A program made the position numbers and the translations under genes. From an uncultured Chloroflexia bacterium (GTDB lineage: Bacteria > Chloroflexota > Limnocylindria > Limnocylindrales > CSP1-4): 64,000 nt of DNA. Of the stretch, positions 1-10,174 are shown in pieces (the first letter of the stretch is position 1; the number at the start of each line of letters is the position of its first letter). The notes beneath the pieces are model-generated. The model had not been told where the DNA came from and ran no database searches. It saw only the letters and a list, made by a program, of their open reading frames with translations. The stretch covers positions 64,001 through 128,000 of the forward strand of contig CAVVJT010000007.1 in NCBI GenBank assembly GCA_963748625.1, written 5' to 3'.

Positions 1-1284
1 GTCCCGATGCTCCTGATCAGCCACGCGGGCACCAAGTACGGCATCCCGTACCCGGTCTTCGCGCGGGCCTCGTTCGGCACCTACGGTGCCAACCTGCCGG
101 CCCTCATCCGGGCCGGGGTGGCCTGCGGCTGGTTCGGCATCCAGACGTGGATCGGCGGCACCGCGCTGTTCGCCGTCGTCGGCGCCCTGCTGGGCCCGGA
201 CTCCTTCTGGGTGACAGCCGACAAGGTCTCGCATCGGCTATCGGCGTCGCGGCGTCGCCAGCCATGGACCGCGTGGCTCAGCTTCGCCATCTTCTGGGCC
301 CTCAACATGATCATCGTGCTCTGGGGCATGGAGGCCATCAAGCAGTTCGAGAACTGGGCGGCCCCGTTCCTGATCGTCGTCTTCCTGGGCCTCATGATCC
401 TGATGGTCGCCCAGGCCGGCGGCCTGGGCCCGGTCATGGCTGAGTCCGGCACCCTGGGCTGGGGTCCCGAGTTCTGGGCGATCTTCCCGCTCTCGCTCAT
501 GGGCATGATCGCGTTCTGGTCCACCCTGTCGCTCAACATGCCGGACTTCACCCGGTTCGGGCGCAGCCAGACGGAGCAGGCGTCGGCCAGGCCCTCGGCC
601 TGCCCACCACCATGACGCTGTTCCCGCTCGTCGGCGTCATCACCGACGTCCGCGACCGTGATCGTGTTCAAGGAGGCCGATCTGGGATCCGGTCACAGCT
701 CACCGGCATGCTGGAGAACCCGATCCTGCTGATCATCATGCTCGCGGCCCTGGCCCTCGCCACGCTGACCACCAACGTGGCCGCGAACGTCGTGAGCCCG
801 TCGTACGACTTCTCGAACCTCTGGCCGAAGCGCATCAGCTTCCGGACCGGCGGCATCATCACGGGCATCCTCGGCATCCTGATCATGCCGTGGAACCTGC
901 TGCAACGACCCCAACAGCTACATCTTCACCTGGCTGGGCACCTACGGCGGCGCCACCGGCGCCATCGCCGGCGTCCTCATCGCCGACTACTGGTGGGTCC
1001 GCCGCAACAAGCTCAAGCTGGCCGACCTCTACCGCTCCGACGGCGTCTACGGCTACGCCAAGGGCTGGAACTGGATCGCGGTCGTCGTCGCTGCTGGTCG
1101 GCATCGTGTTCGCCATCGGCGGTGCGAATGGCGGCCCCTTCCCGGCCGAAGGGTTCATCCCGCTGCAGCTCTTCCGCGACTCTACGACTACAGCTGGGTC
1201 GTGGGCCTGGTCGTCGCATTCGTCCTCTACGGCGTGCTCACCCTCTCGCTCGGCAAGAAGCACCTCAAGGAGCAGATGGCCTGA
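1..1284 (+). CDS. NCS1 family nucleobase:cation symporter (5'-truncated, several frameshifts)
   Basis: Motifs GTKYGIPYPVFARASFG, ACGWFGIQTWIGG, FWSTLSLNMPDFTRF and TTNVAANVVSPSYDFSNLWPKRISF are spread across frames. In-frame stop TGA at 1282-1284. Confidence 0.85.
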
Positions 1285-1326
1285 TCGCCGGGCCGGCCAC
1301 GCCGGCCCGCAACCCTGCACCAGCGG

Positions 1327-1354
1327 AGGCCCCGTCGCGGACGCGGCGGGGCCT
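1327..1354. terminator. GC-rich hairpin between convergent genes
   Basis: AGGCCCCGTCGC-ggac-GCGGCGGGGCCT (one G-U pair), lying between the stops of the NCS1 and ArsB/NhaD genes. Confidence 0.5.
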
Positions 1355-1373
1355 TCATCCGTGGATCGCGTCG

Positions 1374-2646
1374 TCAGGCCAGGTAGCGCACCCAGAGGTA
1401 GACGGTCGAGATCACCATCGACATCAGCACGGTGACCGACCCGTACTTGAGGAACTGGCCGAAGGTGATCGGGTGGCCGGCCTGGCGGGCGATGTTGGAG
1501 ACCAGCACGTTCGCCGATGCGCCAACGATCGTGAGGTTGCCGCCCAGGCACGCGCCCAGCGCCAGCGCCCACCACAGCGGCTCGGCGTTCATGCCGCTGG
1601 CGGCGAACTGCTGGACGACCGGGATCGCGGTCGCGGTGTACGGGATGTTGTCCACGATGGCCGACACGATCGCCGAGAACCAGAGCAGCGCGATCGTGGC
1701 CACGTCGGCCTGGCCACCGGTGACCTCGATGAGCCTCTCGGCGAGGCCCGCGATGATCCCGGTGGCCACGAGGCCCTCGACCATCATGAACAGGCCGATG
1801 AAGAAGAAGAGCGTGTTCCACTCGATCTCGCGCAGGGCCGTGCGCGGCTCCGTGCCGGAGACAAGGAGCATGGCCATGGCACCCAGCAGCGCGATGGTCG
1901 CGGGCTCCACCCCCAGCGCGCCGTGGGCGAGGAAGCCCACGATGGTCGCCCCGGTGACGACCAGCGCCCGGATCGAGGAGGCCCTTGTCCTTGATCACGT
2001 CGTCCTCGGTCGCCTCGAGCGCCTCGGTGCGTCGCTCCGAGGGGACCTGGAGATGGCCTTTGAACGTCAGCCACATGATCCCCAGGAACACGGCCATGAT
2101 GATGATGACCACTGGTGTCAGGTTCGCGAGGAACGCCCCGAACCCGAGGCCTGCCGCGGACCCGATCATGATGTTGGGCGGGTCGCCGATCAGGGTCGCC
2201 GTGCCCCCGATGTTGGAGCTCAGGATCACCGCCACGAGGTAGGGCATCGGCGACACGCCCAGGCGCTTCGACACGGACAGCATCACCGGGGTGACCAGCA
2301 CGACCGTGGTGACGTTGTCGAGGAACGCCGACAGCACCGCGGTCACCAGCGAGAGGATCATGAGCAGGGCGATCGGGCGGCCCTGCGACAGGGCCACCGA
2401 GCGGATGGCGATCCACTCGAAGAACCCGGTCTTCACCAGCACCGAGGCGATCACCATCATCCCGGCCAGCAGGAAGATGACGTCCAGGTTGATCGCCGCG
2501 AAGGCCTCGTGCTCGTCCAGGATGCCGAGCGCCACGAGCATCAGGCCCGCGATGACCGCCGTGATGGTGCGGTCCGGCTTCTCGATCGCGATCAGGACAT
2601 AGGCGATGACGAACAGGCCGCCAGCGATCCAGGCCTCGGGGATCAC
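1374..2646 (-). CDS. ArsB/NhaD (SLC13-like) ion transporter, one frameshift near 1970
   Basis: SAFLDNVTTV and SNIGGTATLIGDPPNIMIG in ORF 883..2646; SAIVDNIPY and GACLGGNLTIVGASANV in ORF 1374..1940. Confidence 0.88.
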
Positions 2647-2711
2647 CGGTACACCAGCGGTGACGCGGTCCCGTGCACGGTCACGTCCATGGGCTGCATC
2701 GGCTGGGCCAT
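2643..2711 (-). CDS. putative 22-aa leaderless upstream ORF (MAQPMQPMDVTVHGTASPLVYR)
   Basis: CATAAT -10-like hexamer 6 nt before the ATG. Its TGA overlaps the GTG start of the transporter (GTGA). Confidence 0.3.
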   Translation of the reverse strand: MAQPMQPMDVTVHGTASPLVYR

Positions 2712-2789
2712 CGGCGAATTATGGTGCCCGGCAAGCGGGCGGGTGGGGCGTTCCCGTGGTGCCGGGCGGCGGAGACGGCCTCGGCAGCC

Positions 2790-4412
2790 TCAGCGGCCCA
2801 GGCGCCACTGCCAGCGGCGGGCGGCCTGGAGCCTTGCCTGGAGCTGGCTCTCGGTGGCCTCGGTCACGCGGCGGATGCCCGCCAGGCGGTTCAGCTCCAG
2901 GTTGACGGCGGCGAACGTCAGGCCCGACACGCGCGCGATGTCCTTGGCCGCCTCGGCGTTGGCGGCCCGCAGGCGGTCCTTGACCTCGCGGCGGGTGAGA
3001 CCCGTGCCGTCCATCGGCAGCGCGGCGAGCGGCGGCGGCGGCCCGAGCTCGAAGTCGATGGAGCCGTCGGCGCCGTCGGCCCAGTCGTCGGGGAGCGCCT
3101 CGTTCCAGGGGGCGACAGCCGCCGCCTCGCCCGTGGCCACGGCGGACAGCGCCGCGAACAGGGAGAGCTGGTCGCCCATCATCGGCTGGTCGTCCGGCCC
3201 CTGCTGCTGAGGCAGCGTGTCGTCGTCCTCGCCGCGGGCCTTCTTGCGCAGCGAGTGGCGGCGCGCCTCGGCGATCTCGGCGGCCCGGATGCGCAGCCGG
3301 AGGTCGTCGGGGATGAACAGCCAGGCACGCTGGTCGCGGATGCCCGGCGTCCAGCGCACGAAGCGGCCCACCGCCTGGCGGAAGAAGAGGTCCGTCGTGA
3401 CCGTCGTCGCGTAGACGCCCACGCGCAGCCGCGGGATGTCCACGCCCTCCGACACCATGCGCACCGCGACCAGCCACGGGTCCGACGAGGACGCGAACTT
3501 CGCGATCTTCGCCGAGGCCTCCGGGTCGTCCGACGTGACGATCTCCGCCGGCCGGCCGATCTCCTTGCGCAGCAGCTGGGCGATGCCGCGGGCGTGGTCC
3601 TGGTCCATGGCGATGACGAGGCCGCCGGCGTCTGGCTGGTGGCGTCGGACGTCGTCAAGCCTGGCGACGGCGTCACGCATGACGGTGGGCAGCCACTCCC
3701 CGTCGATGGAGAGCGCGGTGCGCAGGCGCTGGTTCGCGAGCTGGTTCGCGAGCGGGTCGTCGAAGGTGGCCTGGTACACCGCGCCGTCTGGCGCGCTCCA
3801 CTCCATCTCCCCGCCGACGCGCGGGAAGTACACCGGGCGCACGACGCGGCCGTCGCGGAGGGCATCGCCGTAGCCGTACTCGAAGTCGGGGACGGCCTCG
3901 TCCTGCTCGTACCGGACGAACGGGATGGCGCGCGTGTCGGAGCGGAACGGCGTGCCCGACAGGCACAGGCGGCGCGCGCTCTCGCTGAACGCCTCGCGGA
4001 CGGCGTCGCCCCAGGCCTGCTCGTCGCCGGCGTGGTGGACCTCGTCGAGGACGACGTAGGCGCCGCGGGCGAGCGGGCGCAGCTCCTTCGCCGACATCGC
4101 GACCTGCTGGTAGCTCGTGACGACGCCGTGCATGTCCGGGGGCATCGCCCCGTCGGCCGGCGTCCAGGCCGGGTCCAGGTGGAGGCCCAGCTTCGTGGCG
4201 GCGGCCGCCCACTGGACCTTGAGGTGGGCCGTGGGCGCGACGATCACGACGCGGGCCGGCTGCTCCGCGAGAATGGTCCGCAGGGCGGCCAGGGCGAACG
4301 TCGTCTTGCCGGCGCCCGGCGTGGCGACGGCGAGGAACTCCGGCCGGCGCGTGGCCGCATACCGCGCGAGCGCGGCGTGCTGCCAGGGGCGGAGTCGGAC
4401 GCTGCGGGACAT
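2790..4412 (-). CDS. SF2 DEAD/DEAH-box (ResIII-like) helicase
   Basis: LRPWQ Q-motif, ATPGAGKT Walker A, DEVHH, SGTPFRSD, MVSEGVDIPRL, QAVGRFVR. Confidence 0.9.
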   Translation of the reverse strand: MSRSVRLRPWQHAALARYAATRRPEFLAVATPGAGKTTFALAALRTILAEQPARVVIVAPTAHLKVQWAAAATKLGLHLDPAWTPADGAMPPDMHGVVTSYQQVAMSAKELRPLARGAYVVLDEVHHAGDEQAWGDAVREAFSESARRLCLSGTPFRSDTRAIPFVRYEQDEAVPDFEYGYGDALRDGRVVRPVYFPRVGGEMEWSAPDGAVYQATFDDPLANQLANQRLRTALSIDGEWLPTVMRDAVARLDDVRRHQPDAGGLVIAMDQDHARGIAQLLRKEIGRPAEIVTSDDPEASAKIAKFASSSDPWLVAVRMVSEGVDIPRLRVGVYATTVTTDLFFRQAVGRFVRWTPGIRDQRAWLFIPDDLRLRIRAAEIAEARRHSLRKKARGEDDDTLPQQQGPDDQPMMGDQLSLFAALSAVATGEAAAVAPWNEALPDDWADGADGSIDFELGPPPPLAALPMDGTGLTRREVKDRLRAANAEAAKDIARVSGLTFAAVNLELNRLAGIRRVTEATESQLQARLQAARRWQWRLGR

Positions 4413-4520
4413 GGCACCAAGTGCGAAGGGGGAGGACGGGGCCCGGGACGCGCGACTCGGCCGCGCATGGCCACGGCGCAGCGGCAACGGGGCCACCGCA
4501 CGGGCCGATGGTACCGAGGG

Positions 4521-5009
4521 CTAGGGTTCGCCGCTCCTGGCAGCCGGGTCCCGGAAGGCCGGCATCCGGCCGACGGCGACCAGGAGCCCTTGGATCAGCG
4601 CCTCGGGGCGAGGCGGGCACCCCGGCACGAGGACGTCGACGGGGAGGACCTCGCCGATGCCGTCCCGCCCGGCGTAGCTGCCGGCGAACACGCCGCCGCT
4701 GATGGCGCACGCGCCGACGGCCACCACGAGGCGCGGCTCCGGCATCGCCTCGTACGTGCGCAGGGCGGCCTCCTCGAGGTTCCGGGTCATCACGCCCGTC
4801 ACCAAGAGGACGTCCGCATGGCGCGGCGAGGCCACGAAGTCGATCCCCAGGCGTTGGAGGTCGTGGTACGGGTTCAGCAGCGCGGCGATCTCCCAGTCGC
4901 ATCCGTTGCAGGACCCTGCGTCCAGGTGGCGCACATGGAGGGACCGTCCGAGGCGGCGACGGGTGGCGTGCCGGAGCTCGCGTGCCTCGGCGGAGTCGGG
5001 CGTGGTCAC
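4521..5009 (-). CDS. hycG: group 4 hydrogenase small subunit (HycG/HyfI/NuoB-like)
   Basis: GSCNGCDWEI, FVASPRHAD, VGACAISGG, PGCPPRP. GTG start overlaps the upstream stop. Confidence 0.9.
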   Translation of the reverse strand: MTTPDSAEARELRHATRRRLGRSLHVRHLDAGSCNGCDWEIAALLNPYHDLQRLGIDFVASPRHADVLLVTGVMTRNLEEAALRTYEAMPEPRLVVAVGACAISGGVFAGSYAGRDGIGEVLPVDVLVPGCPPRPEALIQGLLVAVGRMPAFRDPAARSGEP

Positions 5010-5350
5010 GGCCGGTCCTCCAGGGGGCGCTCGATCACGAGCGACGCCCGCGTCGCGGCCGCGAGCTCGATCCGCCCCCCGAGGACCAGGGCACCGGTGG
5101 GGCAGGCCCGGGCACAGGCTGCGCAGAAGATGCAGGCGCCGGCGTCGAGCACCCAGGCCGCGTCCGTCACCCTGATCGCGGCGGTCGGGCAGGCGGCTGC
5201 ACAGGCGGCGTTGCCGTCGCAGCGTGCGGCGTCGAGCTCCGGCAGCCCGCGGGCCACAGCGGCCAGGACAGGCGGCTCGGCAGGGTAGCGGCTGGTGACC
5301 GGGCCGCGCCGGAGCGGCCGCAGGATTCGGTCGAGGACGTCCATCGGCAT
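5006..5350 (-). CDS. 4Fe-4S ferredoxin subunit (HycF/HyfH/NuoI-like)
   Basis: CDGNAACAAACP (second Cys position altered) and CIFCAACARACP motifs; position in the operon. Confidence 0.85.
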   Translation of the reverse strand: MPMDVLDRILRPLRRGPVTSRYPAEPPVLAAVARGLPELDAARCDGNAACAAACPTAAIRVTDAAWVLDAGACIFCAACARACPTGALVLGGRIELAAATRASLVIERPLEDRP

Positions 5351-5352
5351 GC

Positions 5353-6930
5353 TCAGCGGTCCGTGCAGGCGTAGCAGAGCTCGAAGCTCTTGTTGATGAG
5401 CGGGAAGTCGGGGACGAGGTCACCGGGCACGGCGGCTGCAACGACCGGCCAGTTGGCGAACGACCCGGAGCGCAGTCGCAGCCGGTCGATGGTGCCGTCC
5501 TCGCCGGCCCGCAGCCAGATCCACGAGGCGCCTCGCGGCCCCTCGGCGGCTCCGAGCGCCGTGGCCCCCACGGGCGGGGCCGGCAGCCTGCGGCCATCGA
5601 CGGCCACCGGGCCGCCGGGCAGCCTCGCGACGACCGAGCGCAGGATCCGCAGCGATTCGACCGCCTCCTGCGCGCGCATGTGGAAGCGGGCAGCGGCGTC
5701 GCCCGTCGCGGCGGTCGCGACCTCCACGCCGCACTCGGGGTAGGCGGCGTAGGGACGATCAACGCGGAGGTCGACCGCGATGCCGGACGCCCGGGCCGCG
5801 ATCCCCAGCGCGCCCAGGGCCTCGGCGGTCTCGAGCGGGACGACGCCCGCTCCGTGGAGGCGCGCCATCACCCCCGAGGAGCGGACAAGGGCCCGCACCG
5901 CCGATGCGAGCTCGGTCCCGACCTCGCCCAAGAGGGCCGGCAGGGCGGCGAGGCCCGCCGGGTCGAGGTCGGCCGCGAGCCCGCCTGGGACGATCATGCC
6001 GGTGAGGTACCGGTGGCCGGTGAGCGCGTCGTTGGCTCGGAGGAGCCGTTCCTTGAGCCAGCCGAGCCGCGACACGCCCGGGTAGAACCCGATCCCCGCG
6101 CAGATGTTGCCGAGGTCGCCCACATGGTTGTAGAGGCGTTCCAGCTCCGCCAGCAGCACGCGGGCGAAGCGGGCGCGCGGGGGCACGGTGACGCCGGTCA
6201 AGGACTCGACGGCGTCCGCGTAGGCGAGCGCATGGGTGACCGTGCACACGCCGCAGGCGCGCTCGACGACGGGGGTTGCCGCAGCGAACGTGCGGCCCTC
6301 GACCAGCTTCTCCAACCCGCGGTGGGTGAAGAACAGGCGCGCATCGAGGTGCAGGACTCGCTCGCCGATCGCGGAGAACCGGAAGTGGCCAGGCTCGATG
6401 ATCCCGGCGTGGATCGGCCCGACGGGCAGCTGGTAGACGCCCTCGCCGTGCACCTCGAATGGCACGAAGCGCCGGTCGCCCACGGGCGCGCGCTCACCCG
6501 CTGGGACGTCCTTGCGCAGCGGGTGGTAGCCCCGCGGCCAGCGCTCGTGGAGGACCAGCCGCCGCGGGTCCGGATGCCCGATCGGGACGATCCCGAACAG
6601 ATCGCGCATCTCGCGCTCGTCCCAGTGGGCCGCCGGGACGAGCGGTGTGATCGACGGGTACGTTGCGGCCTCGAGGGGGATCGCCGATCGGAAGCGGGCG
6701 AGCGAGCCGTCTGGACGCATCGCCACCGCCTCCACCCCATAACGGTCGCTCCCGATGGCCCGGTCGTCGAGACCAACCAGCGTGACGAACCGTCCGCCGG
6801 CGTCGAGCACCTCGCGGACCCGCGCCCCCAGCGCCTCGGGGACCACCTCGAGCACCGCGACCTCTGCGGATGCGGGGGCGGCGGCTGATGCGCCCTGGCG
6901 GCGGGTCCCGGAATCCAGCGTCTCAGCCAT
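5353..6930 (-). CDS. hycE: group 4 [NiFe]-hydrogenase large subunit (HycE/HyfG; NuoC-NuoD fusion)
   Basis: WDEREMRDLFGI, GPIHAGIIEPGHFRF, HRGLEK, L1 motif ERACGVCTVTH, C-terminal L2 motif SFELCYACTDR. Confidence 0.92.
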   Translation of the reverse strand: MAETLDSGTRRQGASAAAPASAEVAVLEVVPEALGARVREVLDAGGRFVTLVGLDDRAIGSDRYGVEAVAMRPDGSLARFRSAIPLEAATYPSITPLVPAAHWDEREMRDLFGIVPIGHPDPRRLVLHERWPRGYHPLRKDVPAGERAPVGDRRFVPFEVHGEGVYQLPVGPIHAGIIEPGHFRFSAIGERVLHLDARLFFTHRGLEKLVEGRTFAAATPVVERACGVCTVTHALAYADAVESLTGVTVPPRARFARVLLAELERLYNHVGDLGNICAGIGFYPGVSRLGWLKERLLRANDALTGHRYLTGMIVPGGLAADLDPAGLAALPALLGEVGTELASAVRALVRSSGVMARLHGAGVVPLETAEALGALGIAARASGIAVDLRVDRPYAAYPECGVEVATAATGDAAARFHMRAQEAVESLRILRSVVARLPGGPVAVDGRRLPAPPVGATALGAAEGPRGASWIWLRAGEDGTIDRLRLRSGSFANWPVVAAAVPGDLVPDFPLINKSFELCYACTDR

Positions 6931-6931
6931 G

Positions 6932-8554
6932 TCAGCCTCCGAGCACCAGTACCACCTGGTCGAGGATCGCGCGCAGCGCAGGTGGCGTCCACACGCCCAG
7001 CACGATCACCACGCCGAGCGGCATGGACAGGAGCACGAGGCCCGGCAGGCGATACGCGCGGCCGCCGCGGGGGCCCGCGTCATGCGGGTCCGGGTCATGC
7101 GGGTCCGGGTCATGCGGGTCCCCTGCCGCCCCGGCCGCCTTGGGCGCCGGCGCCGCTCCAGCGGGCTGGCCCTGGTCACCGGCGGGATGGCGCGCACCGG
7201 CATGCTGCCCGCTCGCGCGGGCGGCTGGCGCAACCGCGAGCCGGACGATATGGAACAGCAGGCCCGCAACGGCCAGGGCGAGGATCACGGCCGCCAGCGC
7301 CGCCGCGAGGCCCCATCCGCGGTCGATGCCGCCCAGGAGCACCGCGATCTCCGCAACGAAGATGCCCGATGGCGGCAGACCCGCGAGCAGCAGCGACGCG
7401 ACCACCAGCGCCGAGCCCTCGACCGGAGACCGGGCAACGCTCCCGGTCAGCCGCCCGATGCGCCGGCTCCCCCGGTCCGCGACAAGGCGGCCGGCGGCCA
7501 GGAACGCGGTCGACTTGGCCAGTCCGTGACAGGCGAGGTGCAGCGTGAACCCCAGGAGCGCGAGCTCGCCGCCGAAGCCCAGGGCCAGCGTGGCCAGCCC
7601 GAGATGCTCGATCGACGAGTAGGCGAGCAGCCGCTTGACGTCGCCCTGGGCAACGATGAACGGGAGGGCGACGAGCAGGCTCAGCAGGCCGAAGGCGACG
7701 AGCAGCGTGGACGAGAAGTCCGGCCCCACTGCACCCATCACGACGAGGTGGAACCGTGCGAGCGCGTACAGCGCCACCGCGAGCGAGGCCCCCGACAGGA
7801 TCGCCGAGATGGGGCTCGGGGCCTGGCTGTGCGCATCCGGCAGCCAGGTGTGGAACGGGGCGAGGCCGGCCTTCGTGCCGTACCCGGCCAGCGCGAAGAT
7901 GAACGCCAGGCGCACGAACGCAGGATCCAGCCGGTCCGAGATCCCGATCAGGCGCGTCCACGAGAGGGCGTCGCTCGTCTCCCCCAGCACGCCCACCGAG
8001 GATGCGTACAGGAGCAGCGTGCCCAGCAGCGCGAAGCCGATGCCGATCGAGCCCAGGATCAGGTACTTCCAGGCAGCCTCGATCGCCGTCCGGGTGCGGA
8101 GGTATCCCACGAGCAGGGCCGACACGATCGTCGAGAACTCCACCGCGACCCACACCAGGCCCAGGCTGTCGAGGAGCGGGGTCGCCGCCAGCCCGGCGGC
8201 GAACCATGCCAGGAGCGCGTAGTAGCGCCCCTGGTGGTGTCCGTGGGAGACGCCCGCGTCGGGATCCGCCGGCTCGTGGGCCAGGTGGTCGGGCGACCCC
8301 GCGAGGCCGATCGCGGTGACGACCAGGACCAGGACCAGGAAGTAGGCGCCCAGGGCGTCGACCGCGACGAGGCCGTCGAACGCGCGGACCGGCCCGCCCG
8401 AGAAGACCGTGCCCGCCAACGCAAGGCCGGCGACGATCGCCAGCCCCAGGCCGGCCGTCACGGCACGGGCCGCGGACCGCGGCGGCGCGAACCATGCGAC
8501 CACGCCCGCGAGGGCCGGCACGACCACGGTGGCGAGGACCAGCGCCTCGATCAT
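6932..8554 (-). CDS. hyfF: hydrogenase-4 membrane subunit F (antiporter-like)
   Basis: EAAWKYLIL, GYGTKAGLAPFHTWLPDAHSQAPSPISAILSG, KRLLAYSSIEH. Confidence 0.9.
   Translation of the reverse strand: MIEALVLATVVVPALAGVVAWFAPPRSAARAVTAGLGLAIVAGLALAGTVFSGGPVRAFDGLVAVDALGAYFLVLVLVVTAIGLAGSPDHLAHEPADPDAGVSHGHHQGRYYALLAWFAAGLAATPLLDSLGLVWVAVEFSTIVSALLVGYLRTRTAIEAAWKYLILGSIGIGFALLGTLLLYASSVGVLGETSDALSWTRLIGISDRLDPAFVRLAFIFALAGYGTKAGLAPFHTWLPDAHSQAPSPISAILSGASLAVALYALARFHLVVMGAVGPDFSSTLLVAFGLLSLLVALPFIVAQGDVKRLLAYSSIEHLGLATLALGFGGELALLGFTLHLACHGLAKSTAFLAAGRLVADRGSRRIGRLTGSVARSPVEGSALVVASLLLAGLPPSGIFVAEIAVLLGGIDRGWGLAAALAAVILALAVAGLLFHIVRLAVAPAARASGQHAGARHPAGDQGQPAGAAPAPKAAGAAGDPHDPDPHDPDPHDAGPRGGRAYRLPGLVLLSMPLGVVIVLGVWTPPALRAILDQVVLVLGG
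7079..7121. repeat. 15-bp tandem repeat (~3 copies) encoding DPHDPDPHDPDPHD in HyfF
   Basis: GTCATGCGGGTCCGG repeated. Confidence 0.85.
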
Positions 8555-9216
8555 CCGCGGAGGCTCCGCAGGTGGTCGGTCGAGATGGTCCCGTGGTCGT
8601 CGATCATCCGGCGCGTGTAGACCCAGGCGACGACGACTGCGATCAGCACGTCGAACAGCACGCCCAGCTCGACGACAAACGGCATGCCGTAGGTGAGGGA
8701 GAAGGCCGCGAGCGCGATGCCGTTCTCGAACACCAGCAGGCCGACCACCAGCGAGAGCACCTTGCGCCGCGTCATCACCACCAGGAGGCCGGTGAGGACC
8801 TGGGCGATGGCCGCAGGGAGCGCGCGCGTCACCGACAGGCTGGTCCCGGGCGCGAGTCCGTCGGCGGCGATGCTCGCGGTGAACACGATGGCGACTGCCG
8901 CCGCAAGCGACAGGCGGGGTCCGAGCAGCGGATGCCGCTCGGTCCGGACGAGCGACCGGCGCAGGCTGGCGCCCAGGACGAGCGGGACGACGACACCCTT
9001 CACGCCCGCTGCGAGGAGCCCGCCCACGACGAGGTGCCAGGACCCGGTCGCCACGCCCACCACCACGGCGGACAGGCCGACCAGGACCGACTGCACCGCC
9101 ACCATCCAGATCGCGCGGCCGATGGACCGCGTCACGGCGATGAGGACGCCCAGGATCACGATGGCCGCCGCGAACGAATCGACCAGCTCCGCGGCTGCGG
9201 CCGCATCCAGGCTCAT
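8551..9216 (-). CDS. hyfE: hydrogenase-4 membrane subunit E
   Basis: Hydrophobic; GLLVFENGI and PFVVELGVLFDV motifs; ends LRSLRG as HyfE homologs do. Confidence 0.88.
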   Translation of the reverse strand: MSLDAAAAAELVDSFAAAIVILGVLIAVTRSIGRAIWMVAVQSVLVGLSAVVVGVATGSWHLVVGGLLAAGVKGVVVPLVLGASLRRSLVRTERHPLLGPRLSLAAAVAIVFTASIAADGLAPGTSLSVTRALPAAIAQVLTGLLVVMTRRKVLSLVVGLLVFENGIALAAFSLTYGMPFVVELGVLFDVLIAVVVAWVYTRRMIDDHGTISTDHLRSLRG

Positions 9217-10169
9217 GCCGGCAGCCAGATGCGTGCCGCGAGCCCGATGGCCGCGAGCAGGGTCGCCGTCCCGAGCAGCGCGGGAAGCACGAGGATGCGC
9301 AGCTTGGCGAGTGTCGCGTCCAGCACGCCGAGCGCGGCTGCGGCGAGCGCCAGCTTCAGGAGCAGCGACAGGGTGGCCACGAGAAGCGCCGCAGGATCCG
9401 CGGAGGTCGTGGTGCCGGCAGGGACGAAGGCCGCGGCGAAGAGGCCGACGACCAGCACGAGCTTGAGCTCCGAGGCGTAGACCAGCATGGCGAGACGGGG
9501 CCCGGTCGCCTCGAGGAGCATCCCCTCGTGGATCATCGTCAACTCGAGGTGCGTGTCCGGGTTGTCGAACGGCTCATGTCCGGTCTCCGCAACGGCAACG
9601 ATAGTGAACGCTGCCGCCCCCAGCAGGAGGGCGGGCGTGAACCATGCCCGCCCGGCCGCAGCACCGGCGGCAACGATGCTCCCGAGATCCGTGGATCCGG
9701 CCGCGAGGACGGCGCCCGCGAGCGCCAGCAGGAGGGCGGGTTCCACGAGGGCGGCAATCGCCACCTCGCGGCTGCTGCCCATGCCCCCGAACGCGCTGCC
9801 CGCATCGAGCGCGGCGAGCGCCAGCACGAAGCGTCCGAGCGCCAGCAGCCCGATCACCACGATCACGTCGCCCCATCCCGGCAACGGCGACTGCTGGCCG
9901 ACCATCGGGACCAGCATCGTGGCCACCAGCACGGACGCCAGGACCAGCGGCGGCGCGAGGCGTGTCAGCGGGCCGGCGGCCTCGCTCTCGACGACCTCCT
10001 TGCTCCACCACTTGGCGAGGTCACGGTAGCCCTGGAGCAGCGGGGCGCCGCGACGGTACTGCAGGCGGGCCTTGACCTTGCGCGTGATCCCCAGGAGCAG
10101 CGGGGCGACGGCGAGCACGACGACGACCTGGATGAGCGCCGGGGCCAGGACGTCGATTGCTGCGGTCAT
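9213..10169 (-). CDS. hyfC: hydrogenase membrane subunit (HyfC/HycD/NuoH family)
   Basis: KVKARLQYRRGAPLLQGYRDLAK, FGGMGSSRE, AETGHEPFDNPDTHLELTMIHE. Confidence 0.9.
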   Translation of the reverse strand: MTAAIDVLAPALIQVVVVLAVAPLLLGITRKVKARLQYRRGAPLLQGYRDLAKWWSKEVVESEAAGPLTRLAPPLVLASVLVATMLVPMVGQQSPLPGWGDVIVVIGLLALGRFVLALAALDAGSAFGGMGSSREVAIAALVEPALLLALAGAVLAAGSTDLGSIVAAGAAAGRAWFTPALLLGAAAFTIVAVAETGHEPFDNPDTHLELTMIHEGMLLEATGPRLAMLVYASELKLVLVVGLFAAAFVPAGTTTSADPAALLVATLSLLLKLALAAAALGVLDATLAKLRILVLPALLGTATLLAAIGLAARIWLPA

Positions 10170-10174
10170 GTCGC

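Noticed and set aside
1-2646. Multiple frameshifts in the NCS1 and ArsB/NhaD genes as programmed frameshifting or pseudogenes
   Set aside because: Motifs and codon bias are intact on both sides of each shift, there is no slippery site, and similar indels occur elsewhere. Long-read consensus error is more likely.
2790-4412. Helicase as part of a restriction or defence system
   Set aside because: No methylase, nuclease or other defence gene is adjacent. It resembles a stand-alone SF2 family common in high-GC bacteria.
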